NCBI GenBank assembly: GCA_031441465.1
Contig: JANOEP010000054.1
Location: 34,967 to 98,966, forward strand
Reading direction: 5' to 3'
Source: a bacterium
GTDB lineage: Bacteria > Krumholzibacteriota > Krumholzibacteriia > LZORAL124-64-63
Length of the DNA stretch: 64,000 nucleotides
The notes beneath the pieces were generated by a model, which did not search any database, was not told where the DNA came from, and worked only from the letters and a program-made list of their open reading frames with translations. Below, piece by piece: positions 33,463 through 44,000 of this stretch; the first letter of the stretch is position 1, and every line of letters begins with the position of its first letter. The translations under genes were made by a program, and so were the position numbers.

Positions 33463-34662
33463 ATGCGCAAGAGCCACAACCACTCGGGCTCGCCGATGAC
33501 GGGTCCGCGGCGGCCGAATCAGCTGAACCGGATCCTGCTGGTCGCGATGATCGCCGTCGCGGGCGCCGCCCTGCTCGCCGGCTGCAGCGACAAAGCCGAC
33601 CTCGCCCCGGTCATCACCCGGGTCCAGGCGAACGTCGACTGCGGCGTCGCGCCGACGGAGGTCCAGTTCGTCGCCTTCGTCTCCGGCGGCGACCCCGGGC
33701 CCGATCCCACCGGCGCCAACACCAACCTCGACATCCTCTGGAACTTCCAGGACGGCACGACCGGCACCGGTTCGGCCACCCACCACCTGTTCTCGGAGCC
33801 CGGCATCTACGAGGTCGCCGTGACGGTCACCGATGACGACGGGGACAGCAAGTCGTCCTTCGTCTCGGTCGAGATCCGCGCCGACTCGCTGACGATCCAC
33901 ACGACGCCCGACACGACGGTCACCGCGAGCCTGGCCTACTTCCCGACGCACACCATCGGCGCCACCAACGGCGGCGCCGGCGGCGAGAACTTCCGCACCC
34001 AGCCGGTCATCAACGAGATCCTCGCCTTCAACTCGGTGCTGCCGAACCCGGAGAACCTGAACCGCTTCGACCCGGTGCTGGAACTCCACAACCCGACCGG
34101 TGCGGCGGTGAGCCTCAGCAACTGGTCCCTGACCAACGACCCCTACGATCGGGACAAGTTCCTCTTCGCCTCGACCGTGACGATCCAGCCCCACGGCTAT
34201 TACCGGGTCTGGCTGAACGGGCGCGGGCAGAGCACCGGCACCACGCAGGCCAACTTCAACCTGCTGCTGGGCTGGACCGGCGCTCCCGCCGATTTCGTCG
34301 CCGACGTCTACCTCTACGACTCCGCCAGGCGCCTCGTCGATGTGAAACCGATCCGCAATTCCGCCACCAACGTCTCGTTCGGCCACATCCCCAACGCCTG
34401 CACCGACGGCCTGGCGCTGTTCGCCGCGACGACCGAGGTCTGCGGCTTCGACCCTGGTCTGGGCCAGTTCGACCGGTTCGATTTCCTCTGGCGGTCCGGC
34501 AGCGTGCTGGAGTCGACCTACCAGGAACGCGAGTCCTCCCACATGTTCACGGTCCAGGACGCGGGCCTGCGCCCGGTCGTGGTCTCGGTCTTCGATACCT
34601 ACCTCAGCGTGACGCGCCACGACACCGTCATGGTCGAGGTGCTGACGCCCGCCGCTCCCTGA
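33463..34662 (+). CDS. Lipoprotein with PKD domain and lamin-tail-like domain
   Basis: Lipobox LLAGC; PKD WNFQDG..HLFSEPGIYEVAVTVTDDDG; LTD-like PVINEI..LELHNPTGAAVSLSNWSLTN; start uncertain (33388 or 33463). Confidence 0.7.
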   Translation: MRKSHNHSGSPMTGPRRPNQLNRILLVAMIAVAGAALLAGCSDKADLAPVITRVQANVDCGVAPTEVQFVAFVSGGDPGPDPTGANTNLDILWNFQDGTTGTGSATHHLFSEPGIYEVAVTVTDDDGDSKSSFVSVEIRADSLTIHTTPDTTVTASLAYFPTHTIGATNGGAGGENFRTQPVINEILAFNSVLPNPENLNRFDPVLELHNPTGAAVSLSNWSLTNDPYDRDKFLFASTVTIQPHGYYRVWLNGRGQSTGTTQANFNLLLGWTGAPADFVADVYLYDSARRLVDVKPIRNSATNVSFGHIPNACTDGLALFAATTEVCGFDPGLGQFDRFDFLWRSGSVLESTYQERESSHMFTVQDAGLRPVVVSVFDTYLSVTRHDTVMVEVLTPAAP

Positions 34663-34684
34663 GCGCGCCGCGACGACCCGCAAC

Positions 34685-34720
34685 GCAGAAGGCGGAACCC
34701 GCACGGGTTCCGCCTTCTGC
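34685..34720. terminator. Probable bidirectional terminator hairpin
   Basis: Perfect 16-bp stem GCAGAAGGCGGAACCC-GCAC-GGGTTCCGCCTTCTGC between convergent genes. Confidence 0.75.
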
Positions 34721-34746
34721 TTGTGATCCCGCCCGCTACCGCCGGC

Positions 34747-35886
34747 TCAGCCGACGGCCCGCTGGAGTTCCGCGACCCGGTCGGTGCGCTCCCAGGTGAA
34801 GCCCGCCTCGTCGCGCCCGAAGTGGCCGTAGGCCGCGGTCGGCAGGTAGATGGGGCGCCGCAGGTCCAGCGCCTCGATGATGCCGCGGGGCGTGAGGTCG
34901 AAAACCTTGCGCACGGCCTGGGCCAGGCGGTCGTCGGGCACGCGGCCGGTGCCGAAGGTCGTGATCATCACCGAGACGGGTTCGGCCACGCCGATCGCGT
35001 AGGCGACCTGGATCTGGCAGCGCTCGGCCAGTTCGGCCGCGACCACGTTCTTGGCGGCCCAGCGCGCGGCATAGCAGGCCGAGCGGTCGACCTTGGTCGG
35101 GTCCTTGCCCGAGAAGGCGCCGCCGCCGTGGGGCGCGCTGCCGCCGTAGGTGTCGACGATGATCTTGCGGCCGGTCAGGCCGCAGTCGCCCTGCGGCCCG
35201 CCGACGACGAAGCTGCCCGTCGGGTTCACGTGGTGGATGACGCCGCTGGAATCGAGGTCCAGGGCCGCCAACACGGGCGCGATCACCTTCGCGATGACCT
35301 GATCGCGCAGGTCGGGGACGTCGGGATCGTGCTGCGTGGACACGACGACCGTGTGGACCTTCACCGGCCGCCCGCCCTCGTACTCCACGGTGACCTGGCT
35401 CTTGCCGTCGGGCCGCACCCAGGGCAACGTGCCGTCCTTGCGCACCGCGGCCAGGCGGCGGGTCAGACGGTGGGCCAGGGTGATGGGCAGGGGCATCAGC
35501 ACGTCGGTCTCGCGGCAGGCGTAGCCGAACATCAGCCCCTGGTCGCCGGCGCCGCCGGGATTCACGCCCTGGGCGATGTCCGGCGACTGCTCGTCGATGG
35601 AGGTGACCACCGCGCAGGTCTCGAAATCGAAACCGTAGGCGGCCGACGTGTAGCCGATGTCGCGGATGGTGCGGCGCGCGATGCGCGGGATGTCGACCCA
35701 GGTCTGGGTCGTGATCTCGCCCGCGATCATCGCCAGGCCGGTGGTGACCAGCGTCTCGCAGGCCACGCGTCCGTTGGGGTCGACCGCGAGGATCGCGTCC
35801 AGGACGCTGTCGCTGATCTGGTCCGCGACCTTGTCGGGGTGGCCCTCGGTGACCGACTCGCTGGTGAACAGGTGACGCTGGGACAT
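34747..35886 (-). CDS. metK: S-adenosylmethionine synthetase
   Basis: [54 protein letters not shown]. Confidence 0.98.
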   Translation of the reverse strand: MSQRHLFTSESVTEGHPDKVADQISDSVLDAILAVDPNGRVACETLVTTGLAMIAGEITTQTWVDIPRIARRTIRDIGYTSAAYGFDFETCAVVTSIDEQSPDIAQGVNPGGAGDQGLMFGYACRETDVLMPLPITLAHRLTRRLAAVRKDGTLPWVRPDGKSQVTVEYEGGRPVKVHTVVVSTQHDPDVPDLRDQVIAKVIAPVLAALDLDSSGVIHHVNPTGSFVVGGPQGDCGLTGRKIIVDTYGGSAPHGGGAFSGKDPTKVDRSACYAARWAAKNVVAAELAERCQIQVAYAIGVAEPVSVMITTFGTGRVPDDRLAQAVRKVFDLTPRGIIEALDLRRPIYLPTAAYGHFGRDEAGFTWERTDRVAELQRAVG

Positions 35887-35914
35887 GCGTGGACTCCTCC
35901 GGCTGGGACGATGG

Positions 35915-36901
35915 TTAGGAAACGGGACGGTCGGCCGCGACCTCGGAGTCGTCGCCGACGTTGACGCTGCCTGCGACGCCGGCGACGAGCGCGCGCTCGC
36001 CGATCAGGCTGCCGGTCAGCCGGCAGCGGCGCACCTCGGCGCCGTCGCCGACGATGGTGTCGGCCAGGTCGCAGTCCTCGACCACGGCGCCCGCGCCGAC
36101 CACGACGTACGGCCCCAGGCGCGAGCGGCTCACCCGCGCGTCCGGCGCGATCAGGCAGGGCGGTGTGAGGTCGCGCGTCCGGGTCGCCGCCGCCGGGTCC
36201 GCCGCCAGCAGGGCGCGGTTGGTCTCCAGCCAGGTCTCCCGCTTCCCGCAGTCGAACCACTCGCCCACCGGCTGCACCGAGAAGCGGCAGCCGTCCGCGA
36301 GCATGGCCTGCAGGCCGTCGGTCAGCTGGTACTCGCCGCGGGTGCGGCGGTCCTCGGCCACGATGCGGTCCATCGCCGACCAGAGGCGGGGCGCGTCGCG
36401 CAACAGGTAGGCGCCCACGATGGCGAGGTTGCTCGGCGGCACCTCCGGCTTCTCCACGAAGCGCAGCACCGCGCCGTCGCGCATCTCGACCACGCCGAAG
36501 CGCCGGGGGTCCGCCACCTCGCGCACGGCGATGCAGTTGTGCGGGTCGGCGAGCAGACGCCGGTAGTCCGTCTTGACGATGGTGTCGCCCAGGATGCAGA
36601 AGAAGGGCTCGTCGCCGATCGCATCGCGCGCGGTCCAGACGGCGTGCCCCAGCCCCAACCGCTCGCTCTGCTCGACGCAGGTCACCGGCAGGCCGGGGTA
36701 GGCGCCGGCGGCCCAGGACCGCACGGCGTCGCCGCAGTAGCCGACGATCAGCACGACCTCGTCGACACCGGCCTGCAGCAGGTCGTCGATGATGTGGCCC
36801 AGGATCGGCTTGCCGGCGACCGGCAGCAGGGCCTTGGGTTTGTTGTGCGTGTGCGGTCGCAGGCGCGTGCCGGTGCCGGCGGCCGGGATCAGGGCCTTCA
36901 T
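35915..36901 (-). CDS. Sugar-phosphate nucleotidyltransferase with C-terminal hexapeptide repeats
   Basis: [43 protein letters not shown]; start trimmed to ATG 36901 (ATGA overlap). Confidence 0.9.
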   Translation of the reverse strand: MKALIPAAGTGTRLRPHTHNKPKALLPVAGKPILGHIIDDLLQAGVDEVVLIVGYCGDAVRSWAAGAYPGLPVTCVEQSERLGLGHAVWTARDAIGDEPFFCILGDTIVKTDYRRLLADPHNCIAVREVADPRRFGVVEMRDGAVLRFVEKPEVPPSNLAIVGAYLLRDAPRLWSAMDRIVAEDRRTRGEYQLTDGLQAMLADGCRFSVQPVGEWFDCGKRETWLETNRALLAADPAAATRTRDLTPPCLIAPDARVSRSRLGPYVVVGAGAVVEDCDLADTIVGDGAEVRRCRLTGSLIGERALVAGVAGSVNVGDDSEVAADRPVS

Positions 36902-37947
36902 GGGCCGGCGTCCTTTCGCAGTCGGTCCTTGAGCGTCTCGATGCGCGTCACGGGCAGGGGATCGACCCCGGCGGCGGCCGCCAGGTAGCAGGACAGGTAG
37001 TCGCCAAACTGCACCAGGGACAGGATCCTCGCCAGCGGAAAATCGCCCGCGGCTTCGTACTCGAGCTTGGCCTGGAACTCCCCCGCCAGCAGATCGCCGG
37101 CCGTGCGTGCGCGCAGGCGGGCGTCCGGGGTCTCGTCGCCGGAATGCAGCATCAGCAGCAGGAAGTCCCGCCGCCGCGGGTGCAGGACCTCCCAGCCCAC
37201 GATGTCGTTGTGGACGGCTTCGGGCAGCGGCACGACCAGCGCCGGGCTCTTGCCGTTCTCGTTCACCTGGGCCTTCAGGCGCAGCCCCGGCGCGTGCGCC
37301 TCCGGCGAGCAGGTGTAGACCACCAGCAGGCGGCCCAGCGTCGCGCGGGCCGCGAGCAGGGCGGGGTTGTCGGGGCCGGCGGCGGGTCCCAGCTTTCGCT
37401 CGCCGAGGCGCAGCGTCGCGGCGGCGGCCGGCAGTTCGGACGCCAGGCCTGGCACGACGCCCAGACGGTCCAGGACGCAGGCCAGGGCGCCCAGGCTGTG
37501 GCCCAGCGCAGCGCGCGGGGGCAGGCCCGCCGGCAGCGTGATCCGCGGGAAGGGGTCGGCAGGACCGTCCGCGAGGTCGCCCAGGGGGCCGCCGGTCGTG
37601 ATCGCCACCCGCGGGTTCGGTCGGCCGGCCGCGGCGCGGGCGGCCTGCAGCGTCTCGGTAGAGCGGCCGGAATAGCTGCTGAACACCAGCAGGGTGCGTT
37701 CGTCGAGCCACCCGGGCAGGTCGGCTTCGCGGCGGACCGCCAGGCGGACACCGGCGCGCTCGGCCACCGGCGCGAGCAGGTCGCCGGCGATGGCCGAGCC
37801 GCCCATCCCGCAGACCAGCACGTCGCGGGCGGGCCGCGGCGGCGGGAGCAGGCGCTCGAGCCCCGGCAGCCGGGGCGCGCCCTCCAACTGCGACGGCAGC
37901 TCACCCACCAGGGCGAGCATCACGGCGAGACCCGCTTCAGGCCCCAT
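36898..37947 (-). CDS. Bifunctional phosphoglucose/phosphomannose isomerase (SIS family)
   Basis: CGMGGSAIAGD, SSYSG..ET, TTGG, PRAALG, KAQVNENGK, PEAVHN, GDYLSCYLA..VDP. Confidence 0.88.
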   Translation of the reverse strand: MGPEAGLAVMLALVGELPSQLEGAPRLPGLERLLPPPRPARDVLVCGMGGSAIAGDLLAPVAERAGVRLAVRREADLPGWLDERTLLVFSSYSGRSTETLQAARAAAGRPNPRVAITTGGPLGDLADGPADPFPRITLPAGLPPRAALGHSLGALACVLDRLGVVPGLASELPAAAATLRLGERKLGPAAGPDNPALLAARATLGRLLVVYTCSPEAHAPGLRLKAQVNENGKSPALVVPLPEAVHNDIVGWEVLHPRRRDFLLLMLHSGDETPDARLRARTAGDLLAGEFQAKLEYEAAGDFPLARILSLVQFGDYLSCYLAAAAGVDPLPVTRIETLKDRLRKDAGP

Positions 37948-39709
37948 CGGGCACCTCCACACCGGCGGCCTCGGCGCGCCGGCGCTTCTTCTCGGTGAGG
38001 TAGTCGGTCAGCAGGCGTTCGGCGTCGACCGCGGTGCGCCGCGTCATCAGGTCGGCCAGCAGGCCCTCGGCCTCCGCGACCGTCGTCCAGCGCACCACCT
38101 GCTTGATCTTGGGCAGCTGGGCGGCGTGGACGCTCACCTCGTCGAGGCCGAGCCCCAGCAGGATCTCGGCGTGGCGCGTCTCGGAGGCCATCTCACCGCA
38201 GATGCCGACCCGGATGCCCGCCGCGTGCGCGGCGGCCACCGCGTCGCGCATCAGGCGCAGCACGGCGGGGTGGACGGGCTGGTAGAGGTACGCGACGCGG
38301 CTGTTGAGGCGGTCCATCGCCAGCGTGTACTGGATGAGGTCGTTGGTGCCGAAGCTGAAGAAATCGCACTCGGCGGCGAGCAGGTCGGCGACGAGCGCCG
38401 CCGCCGGCGTCTCGATCATGATCCCCACTTCGAGCGCGGGGTCGTGGGGCAGCCCCTCGGCCGCCAGCTCCGCCACGCACTCGCGGCAGATGTCGCGCGC
38501 CTCGCGCAGCTCTTCGAGGCCGGTGATCATCGGGAACATCAGCTGCGCCGGTCCCTCGGCGGCGGCGCGGTAGATCGCGCGCAGCTGCGCCTTGAGCAGG
38601 GGGCGGTTCGCCAACAGGAAGCGGATGCCGCGCCAGCCCAGGAAGGGGTTGGACTCCTTGCGCGCCCCGAGGTAGCGCTGGACCTTGTCGCCGCCCACGT
38701 CCAGGGTCCGGAAGACGATCGGCCGGCCGGCCATCTCGCGCATGATTCCGGTGTAGATCCCGAGCTGCTGCGCCTCGGACGGGATGGTCTGGTGCTGGAA
38801 GTAGATGTATTCGGTCCGCAGCAGACCGATCCCCTCGGCGCCGCAGGCCAGGGCCTTCTCCACCTCGACGGGCATCTCGATGTTCACCAGCATGCCGAGC
38901 CGGCGGCCGTCCGGCGTCACGGCCGGCAGATCCCTGAGGTGGGCCAGCTTGGCGTCGACGGTCAGTTGCTGCTGGCTCAGCTGCCGGAAGCGGGCGACGG
39001 TTTCGCTGTCGGGCTGCAGGACGACCTCGCCGCGGTCGCCGTCGACGGCGACCAGCTCGCCGTCGAGCAGTTCCGCCACGCCCGCCCCGAGCCCGACCAC
39101 CGCCGGGATGCCCAGCGAGCGGGCGAGGATCGCCACGTGGCTGGTCCGGCTGCCGTCGCCCAGCGCGAACGCCAGGACGTTGCGCGCGCCGATGGCGGCG
39201 GTGTCCGAAGGCGCCAGGTCGTCGGCCGCGACCACGCTGGGCGCCGCCGGGCCGGCGAGTCTTCCCGCGCCGAGCCCCATCAACACCCGCAGGACGCGAT
39301 CCTCCACGTCGCGCAGGTCCTGGACGCGTTCGCGCAGGTAATCGTCCTGGGTCTCGAGCAGGCGGGACGCGACCTCGGCCACCGCGTCGTGGAAGGCGGC
39401 CTCCGCGTTGCAGGACTGCGCCCGCACGATCGCGACCGCACGGTCGACGATCAGCACGTCCTCGAGGATGAGCAGGTGGCTTTCCAGGATGGCCGCGCCC
39501 TCCGGCCCGAGGTCCGCGCTGAGGCGCGCGACCAGGACCTGGATCTGGGTGCGGGCGTCCGCCAGCGCCGCGTGCAGACGCTCCACTTCACGGTCGAGGT
39601 CCGGCGCGGGCAGGACGGTGCGCACGACCACGGGCAACTCCCGCGCCACATGGTGGACGCGGGCCAGAGCCGTGCCGGGTGAAGCGGGGATGCCGCGCAG
39701 GATCTTCAT
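37937..39709 (-). CDS. ptsI: PEP-protein phosphotransferase (enzyme I)
   Basis: GIPASPG, RTSHVAILARS (phospho-His), GIGLLRTE, NPFLGWRGIR, FGTNDLIQY, GICGEMA. Confidence 0.97.
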   Translation of the reverse strand: MKILRGIPASPGTALARVHHVARELPVVVRTVLPAPDLDREVERLHAALADARTQIQVLVARLSADLGPEGAAILESHLLILEDVLIVDRAVAIVRAQSCNAEAAFHDAVAEVASRLLETQDDYLRERVQDLRDVEDRVLRVLMGLGAGRLAGPAAPSVVAADDLAPSDTAAIGARNVLAFALGDGSRTSHVAILARSLGIPAVVGLGAGVAELLDGELVAVDGDRGEVVLQPDSETVARFRQLSQQQLTVDAKLAHLRDLPAVTPDGRRLGMLVNIEMPVEVEKALACGAEGIGLLRTEYIYFQHQTIPSEAQQLGIYTGIMREMAGRPIVFRTLDVGGDKVQRYLGARKESNPFLGWRGIRFLLANRPLLKAQLRAIYRAAAEGPAQLMFPMITGLEELREARDICRECVAELAAEGLPHDPALEVGIMIETPAAALVADLLAAECDFFSFGTNDLIQYTLAMDRLNSRVAYLYQPVHPAVLRLMRDAVAAAHAAGIRVGICGEMASETRHAEILLGLGLDEVSVHAAQLPKIKQVVRWTTVAEAEGLLADLMTRRTAVDAERLLTDYLTEKKRRRAEAAGVEVPDGA

Positions 39710-39710
39710 G

Positions 39711-39992
39711 TCAGCCTTCCGGGACCTCGGGGTGCGCCAGATCGACTCCGATCAGCCGGACCAGGGCCGCGGCGGCCGCCGCATCGTCGGGCCCCTCGAT
39801 CTCCAGTTCGACAACACTGCCGCAGTCGGCCGCTAGGCTGGCCAGCCCCATGATGCTCTTGGCGTTGGCCACCCGGCCCTGGAAACGGACCGTCACCTCG
39901 GCATCAAACGTCTTGGCCAGCTTCACGATCCGCCCGGCGGCGCGCAGGTGAAAACCGATCGGGTCGGAGACGGTAGCAGCGGTTGATATCAC
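39711..39992 (-). CDS. ptsH: Phosphocarrier protein HPr
   Basis: GFHLRAA (His15), NAKSIMG (Ser46), IEGPD; start trimmed to GTG 39992. Confidence 0.92.
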   Translation of the reverse strand: MISTAATVSDPIGFHLRAAGRIVKLAKTFDAEVTVRFQGRVANAKSIMGLASLAADCGSVVELEIEGPDDAAAAAALVRLIGVDLAHPEVPEG

Positions 39993-40032
39993 GGTTCGTC
40001 CTTGGTTCGGGGGCGACAATGCAGCCCGCAAG

Positions 40033-40791
40033 TTACAGGTACGACAGGAGCAGGGCAAGCGGCACCAACGCCAGCAGCAGGCCCTCCCCGGGCCAGCGAC
40101 GGCGCAGGACCAGGGCGGCCCCCAGCGCGAGCGCCGTGCCCAGCACGGTCGTCGCTCCGCCGGGGTCGGCCAATCGCGACCAGCTGCTCACGGCCGTCAT
40201 GCCCGCCAACACGCCCGTCAGCAGGGCGCCCGCCCGTTTCGCGGTCCAGATGGCGCGGTGCCAGAGCGGCGACCCCAGCAGATCCACGATGTCCAGCCCC
40301 AGGTCGTAGCCGACCAGCAGGGCGTGGCGCCGCAGCAGCAACTGAGTCACGGCGAACAGGCCCACCACCAGCAGCGGCGGCCAGATCAGCCCCGGCCAGG
40401 CCGAGAGCACGGCCAGCAGCATCAGGGCCGGTTGCAGCCCCAGCCACAGGAACTGGTCGCCCAGTGAAGCGAGCGCCCGGCCGAGCGAATCCTTGAACAT
40501 CGTCAGCGTCCGGACGGGCGTCGCTCCATCGCGCAGGTTGTCCGCCTCGAGCCGCACCAGCCCCCCCAGCAGCAGGTTCGCGCAGTAGGGGTTGGTGTTG
40601 AAGAATTCGAGGTGCCGGCGGCAGAAGCGCCGCAACTCGACGGGCGCGGCGCCCGAGCGGCGCAACCAGGGCAGCAGGGCCACGGCCAAACCGAGGTTCT
40701 GCATGCGCTCCGGATTCCACGACCCCTGCAGCCCCAACGAGCGCCGGTAGATCCCGTGCAGGTCGTCGGGCCGCCCCCCGCGCGCGCTCAC
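40033..40791 (-). CDS. PTS mannose/fructose/sorbose family IID component
   Basis: QGSWNPERMQNLG, RHLEFFNTNPY, LASLGDQFLW; GTG overlaps the IIC stop. Confidence 0.9.
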   Translation of the reverse strand: MSARGGRPDDLHGIYRRSLGLQGSWNPERMQNLGLAVALLPWLRRSGAAPVELRRFCRRHLEFFNTNPYCANLLLGGLVRLEADNLRDGATPVRTLTMFKDSLGRALASLGDQFLWLGLQPALMLLAVLSAWPGLIWPPLLVVGLFAVTQLLLRRHALLVGYDLGLDIVDLLGSPLWHRAIWTAKRAGALLTGVLAGMTAVSSWSRLADPGGATTVLGTALALGAALVLRRRWPGEGLLLALVPLALLLSYL

Positions 40792-41537
40792 GAGGCGCCC
40801 AGCTGCGCCAAAGTCCAGGCCACGGCCAGCGTGCCCGCCGCGCCGCCGGCGATCCAGCGCGCGCCGGCCCGGCTGCCGTAGAGTTCCACGAGCGATCCGA
40901 TCGCCACCGCCGGCGCGAACCAGGGCAACAGGGCCAGGGCCGCCACGACGCGCTCGGGCAGCTGCGAGTAGGCGGGGATCCAGAGCAAGGCCACCAGGAG
41001 CCATACCGTCAGCGTCGTCAGGGCCCCGCGGACGGCGACGCCGGCCAGGGACGCGTTGTGGGCCCGCTCCAGCACTTCGAGCCGGCCCTCGCGCAGCCCG
41101 CGCATGGCACCGGCGACGAGGCGGGTGTGCCAGACGCGCTCGCGGCGGACCAGCTGGTCGCCCAGGACGCTGCCCAACGCGACTGCGAGCAGCAGCCAGC
41201 CGAGGCGACCCGCCTCCGCGCCCGGGCCGCCGAAGGGCAGGCCGGGATTCCAGCCGGAGGCCGCGGCCGCGCCCACGGCCCCGAGCAGCGGGCCGACGCG
41301 CTCGCCGACGAAGGCCTGCCCGACGGGCAGGTTCCCCAGCGACAGCAGCTGCACGGTGAGGCCCAGGGCCAGGCCCGCCCCGGGATGCCCCCAGATCAGG
41401 CCGGCGAGCACGCCCCCGCAGACGGGCTGGCTGAGCCAGGTCTGAGCGTAGGCCGTGTCGTCCAGGACCAGCAGGGCGCCCAGGAGCGTGGTCGCGGCGA
41501 TCTGCGGCCACCAGACGGCGATCTCGACCGGATTCAC
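40788..41537 (-). CDS. PTS mannose-family IIC component (divergent)
   Basis: LD..AQTWLSQPV..G.LAGLIWGH..GL.LG...QLL.LG.LPVG; hydrophobic; between IIB and IID. Confidence 0.8.
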   Translation of the reverse strand: MNPVEIAVWWPQIAATTLLGALLVLDDTAYAQTWLSQPVCGGVLAGLIWGHPGAGLALGLTVQLLSLGNLPVGQAFVGERVGPLLGAVGAAAASGWNPGLPFGGPGAEAGRLGWLLLAVALGSVLGDQLVRRERVWHTRLVAGAMRGLREGRLEVLERAHNASLAGVAVRGALTTLTVWLLVALLWIPAYSQLPERVVAALALLPWFAPAVAIGSLVELYGSRAGARWIAGGAAGTLAVAWTLAQLGAS

Positions 41538-42040
41538 CGCGCCTCCTCCAGTTCATCCAGCAGGCCGCCGTCGATCTCGATGGAGCGCGTGCCGGGGACC
41601 GTCTGCGCCGTCAGCCGCGCGCCGGCGGCCAGCAGGGCGCGCAGGCTCACGAGGTCGGCGCGGTCGACGTAGACCGACTCCAGCAGCTCGCGCTTGCCGC
41701 CGCCGATGTGCATGCCGCCGATATTGACCGCGGGCAGGGGCACGCCGCGCCGCATCAGGTCCAGCATGTCGGCCGGGCCGCCGGTCAGCAGCACCACGCC
41801 GTCCGCGGCGGGCAGCGCCTCCGGGCCGCCGTCGAGCAGGGAGGCCGTGCCGGCGCGGTCGCGGACCCAGACGCGGATGCGCGGCGGCACCGAACTGGCG
41901 TAGACGCGGCGCTGCCAGGGATCGGCGGCGATCTCGTCGTTGCACAGCACGATGTGGTCCGGCTCGAGCTTGCGGCACCAGCCGACGGTCACCTGGCCGT
42001 GGATGAAGCGGTCGTCGATGCGGGCGAGCAGCAGCGGCAT
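41534..42040 (-). CDS. PTS mannose-family IIB component
   Basis: ARIDDRFIHGQVTVGW (phospho-His), VNIGGMH. Confidence 0.93.
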   Translation of the reverse strand: MPLLLARIDDRFIHGQVTVGWCRKLEPDHIVLCNDEIAADPWQRRVYASSVPPRIRVWVRDRAGTASLLDGGPEALPAADGVVLLTGGPADMLDLMRRGVPLPAVNIGGMHIGGGKRELLESVYVDRADLVSLRALLAAGARLTAQTVPGTRSIEIDGGLLDELEEAR

Positions 42041-42047
42041 GGTGCGC

Positions 42048-42452
42048 TCAGTCCTCCTGGACCGGCCCGAGCGCGGTGATGGCGTCGCGCCCCTTCTCGA
42101 CCAGCCTTCGCGGCAGCTCGTCGAGCCCCAGCGTGTCGCGCCAGGTGACGAAGTCCAGCAGCATGGCCAGGTTGATGCCGGTCAGGACGCGCGCGGGCGT
42201 GCCGCTGACCGCGGCGATCTGGGCGGCGTTGGCGCAGCTGCCGCCGAAGTCGTCGATGAACAGCAGCAGGCCGTCGCCCGGCGCGCCGCAGTTCGCCGCC
42301 GACCAGGCGCGGATCTCGGCGATGAGTTCCTGGACCGATTTGCCGCTGTTGGTCATGGCCGCCAGCCCGGGCACGGGGCCCAGCACGAGCTCCACGACCT
42401 TGACCAGTTCCTTGCCGATGCCGCCGTGCGTGACGACGAGGCCGCAGAGCAT
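42048..42452 (-). CDS. PTS mannose/fructose-family IIA component
   Basis: VVTHG (phospho-His), FIDDFGGSCAN, TGINLAMLL; start trimmed to ATG 42452. Confidence 0.9.
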   Translation of the reverse strand: MLCGLVVTHGGIGKELVKVVELVLGPVPGLAAMTNSGKSVQELIAEIRAWSAANCGAPGDGLLLFIDDFGGSCANAAQIAAVSGTPARVLTGINLAMLLDFVTWRDTLGLDELPRRLVEKGRDAITALGPVQED

Positions 42453-42454
42453 GA

Positions 42455-43426
42455 CTACTCCCTGTCGTGCCGCAGGTACCGGCGCAGCCGGTCCCCGGAG
42501 CGCAGCGTCTCCATGATGCGGCGGTTCAGGTCCTGCGCGGAGTCGATGCCGTAGATCTTCAGCATCAGGTCCAGGGCGATCACCTCCGCGATGACCGTGA
42601 TGTTCTTGCCCGGATAGATCGGAACGACGATGCGCGGGATCGGCACGCCCAGGATCTCGGTCTGCTCCCGGTCCAGGCCCATGCGTTCGTAATCGGCGTC
42701 GGGGCGCCACTGCTGGAGGTTGACCTCGACCTCGATGCGCTTCTGCATGCGGATGCCGCGGATGCCGAAGATGGCCTGCACGTCGATCACGCCGACGCCG
42801 CGGATCTCCAGGTTGTGCTGCAGCACCTCGCGGAAGCGGCCCACCAGCACGTCGTCGCCCACGCGGCTGACCTCGACGATGTCGTCGGCGACCAGGCGGT
42901 GGCCCCGCTCCACGAGGTCGAGCGCGCACTCGCTCTTGCCGATGCCGCTCTTGCCGGTGAACAGCATGCCGATGCCGTACACGTCCACCAGAGATCCGTG
43001 CAGTTCGGTGCGGGGGGCGAAGACGTCGGTGAGGTAGACCGACAGCTCGTGGATGAACTCCTCGGTGGCCATCGGGGTGCGCAGCACGGGCAGCCCGGCC
43101 GCATCGGCCGCGGCCAGCCAGGCGGCGGGCACCGCCTGGTCCCGGGTCACGAACACCGCCGGCGCCTGCAGGGCGACCAGGCGATCCAGGGCCTCGCGCT
43201 GGGCGTCCGGCGCCAGGGTGGCCACGTAGGCCAACTCGGACTCGCCCAGGACCTGCAGCCGGTGGGGCAGGAAGTTCTCCATGAACCCCATCAACGCCAT
43301 GCCCGGACGGTGGACGTCGCCCGCGGCGAGCGGCACGTCCGCCTCGGGCAGGCTCGTCAGCAGCGCGAGGCCGAGCGTCTCGCGCAGATCCTGGTGGACC
43401 TTCTGAACGGTGACGGGTTCGTGCAC
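42455..43426 (-). CDS. hprK: HPr kinase/phosphorylase
   Basis: HRPGMALMG, LHGSLVDVYG.G, GKSGIGKSECALDLVERGHRLVADD, LEIRGVG. Confidence 0.97.
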   Translation of the reverse strand: MHEPVTVQKVHQDLRETLGLALLTSLPEADVPLAAGDVHRPGMALMGFMENFLPHRLQVLGESELAYVATLAPDAQREALDRLVALQAPAVFVTRDQAVPAAWLAAADAAGLPVLRTPMATEEFIHELSVYLTDVFAPRTELHGSLVDVYGIGMLFTGKSGIGKSECALDLVERGHRLVADDIVEVSRVGDDVLVGRFREVLQHNLEIRGVGVIDVQAIFGIRGIRMQKRIEVEVNLQQWRPDADYERMGLDREQTEILGVPIPRIVVPIYPGKNITVIAEVIALDLMLKIYGIDSAQDLNRRIMETLRSGDRLRRYLRHDRE

Positions 43427-43435
43427 GTCGTGCTC

Positions 43436-43966
43436 CTATTCCTGCCGCATAAGGCCGAAACCACCGTCGTCGCGGCGATAGAGCACGGCCACCTCGCCGT
43501 CCTCGAGGTTGCGGAAGACGTAGAACGGGCTGCTCGAGGCGGCGAAGGCCTCGCGGGCCTGGTCGACGCTCAGGTCGCGCAGGTGGAAACCCTCCTCGGA
43601 CATGGACGAGCCCCGGTTGTTGAGCAGGCCGGGGTCGGCCAGGACCTCGCCGAGCCCGCCTTCCTCGCCGTGGCCGCGATGGTCCTTGACCCGGTCCTTG
43701 TGCCGCCGCACCTGACGCTCCACGCTCTCGATGGCCAGGAAGGCCGCGCCGTCGGGTTCGACGTGCTGGACCTTGGTGTGGCAGGAGTACTGCTTGAGGT
43801 TCAGCGACAGGTCGCCGGTGAAGCGCCCTCCCTCGAGCGTCAGCGTCAGGCGGGCGGCCAGGGGGTCGCTCGGACTGTAGCGCTTCAGGTTCTCGAGCTT
43901 TTCGACGATCTTGTCGCGCATGTCGTCGCCGAGGGTGAAGTGACGGCTGTTGATCTCGAGCTGCAT
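43436..43966 (-). CDS. hpf: Ribosome hibernation promoting factor (long HPF)
   Basis: S30AE N-domain plus C-terminal FYVFRN..VAVLYRRDDGGFGL; directly downstream of rpoN. Confidence 0.85.
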   Translation of the reverse strand: MQLEINSRHFTLGDDMRDKIVEKLENLKRYSPSDPLAARLTLTLEGGRFTGDLSLNLKQYSCHTKVQHVEPDGAAFLAIESVERQVRRHKDRVKDHRGHGEEGGLGEVLADPGLLNNRGSSMSEEGFHLRDLSVDQAREAFAASSSPFYVFRNLEDGEVAVLYRRDDGGFGLMRQE

Positions 43967-44000
43967 GGCGTCCTCCTTCCGGTCGCGGACCGGGTCGGTT

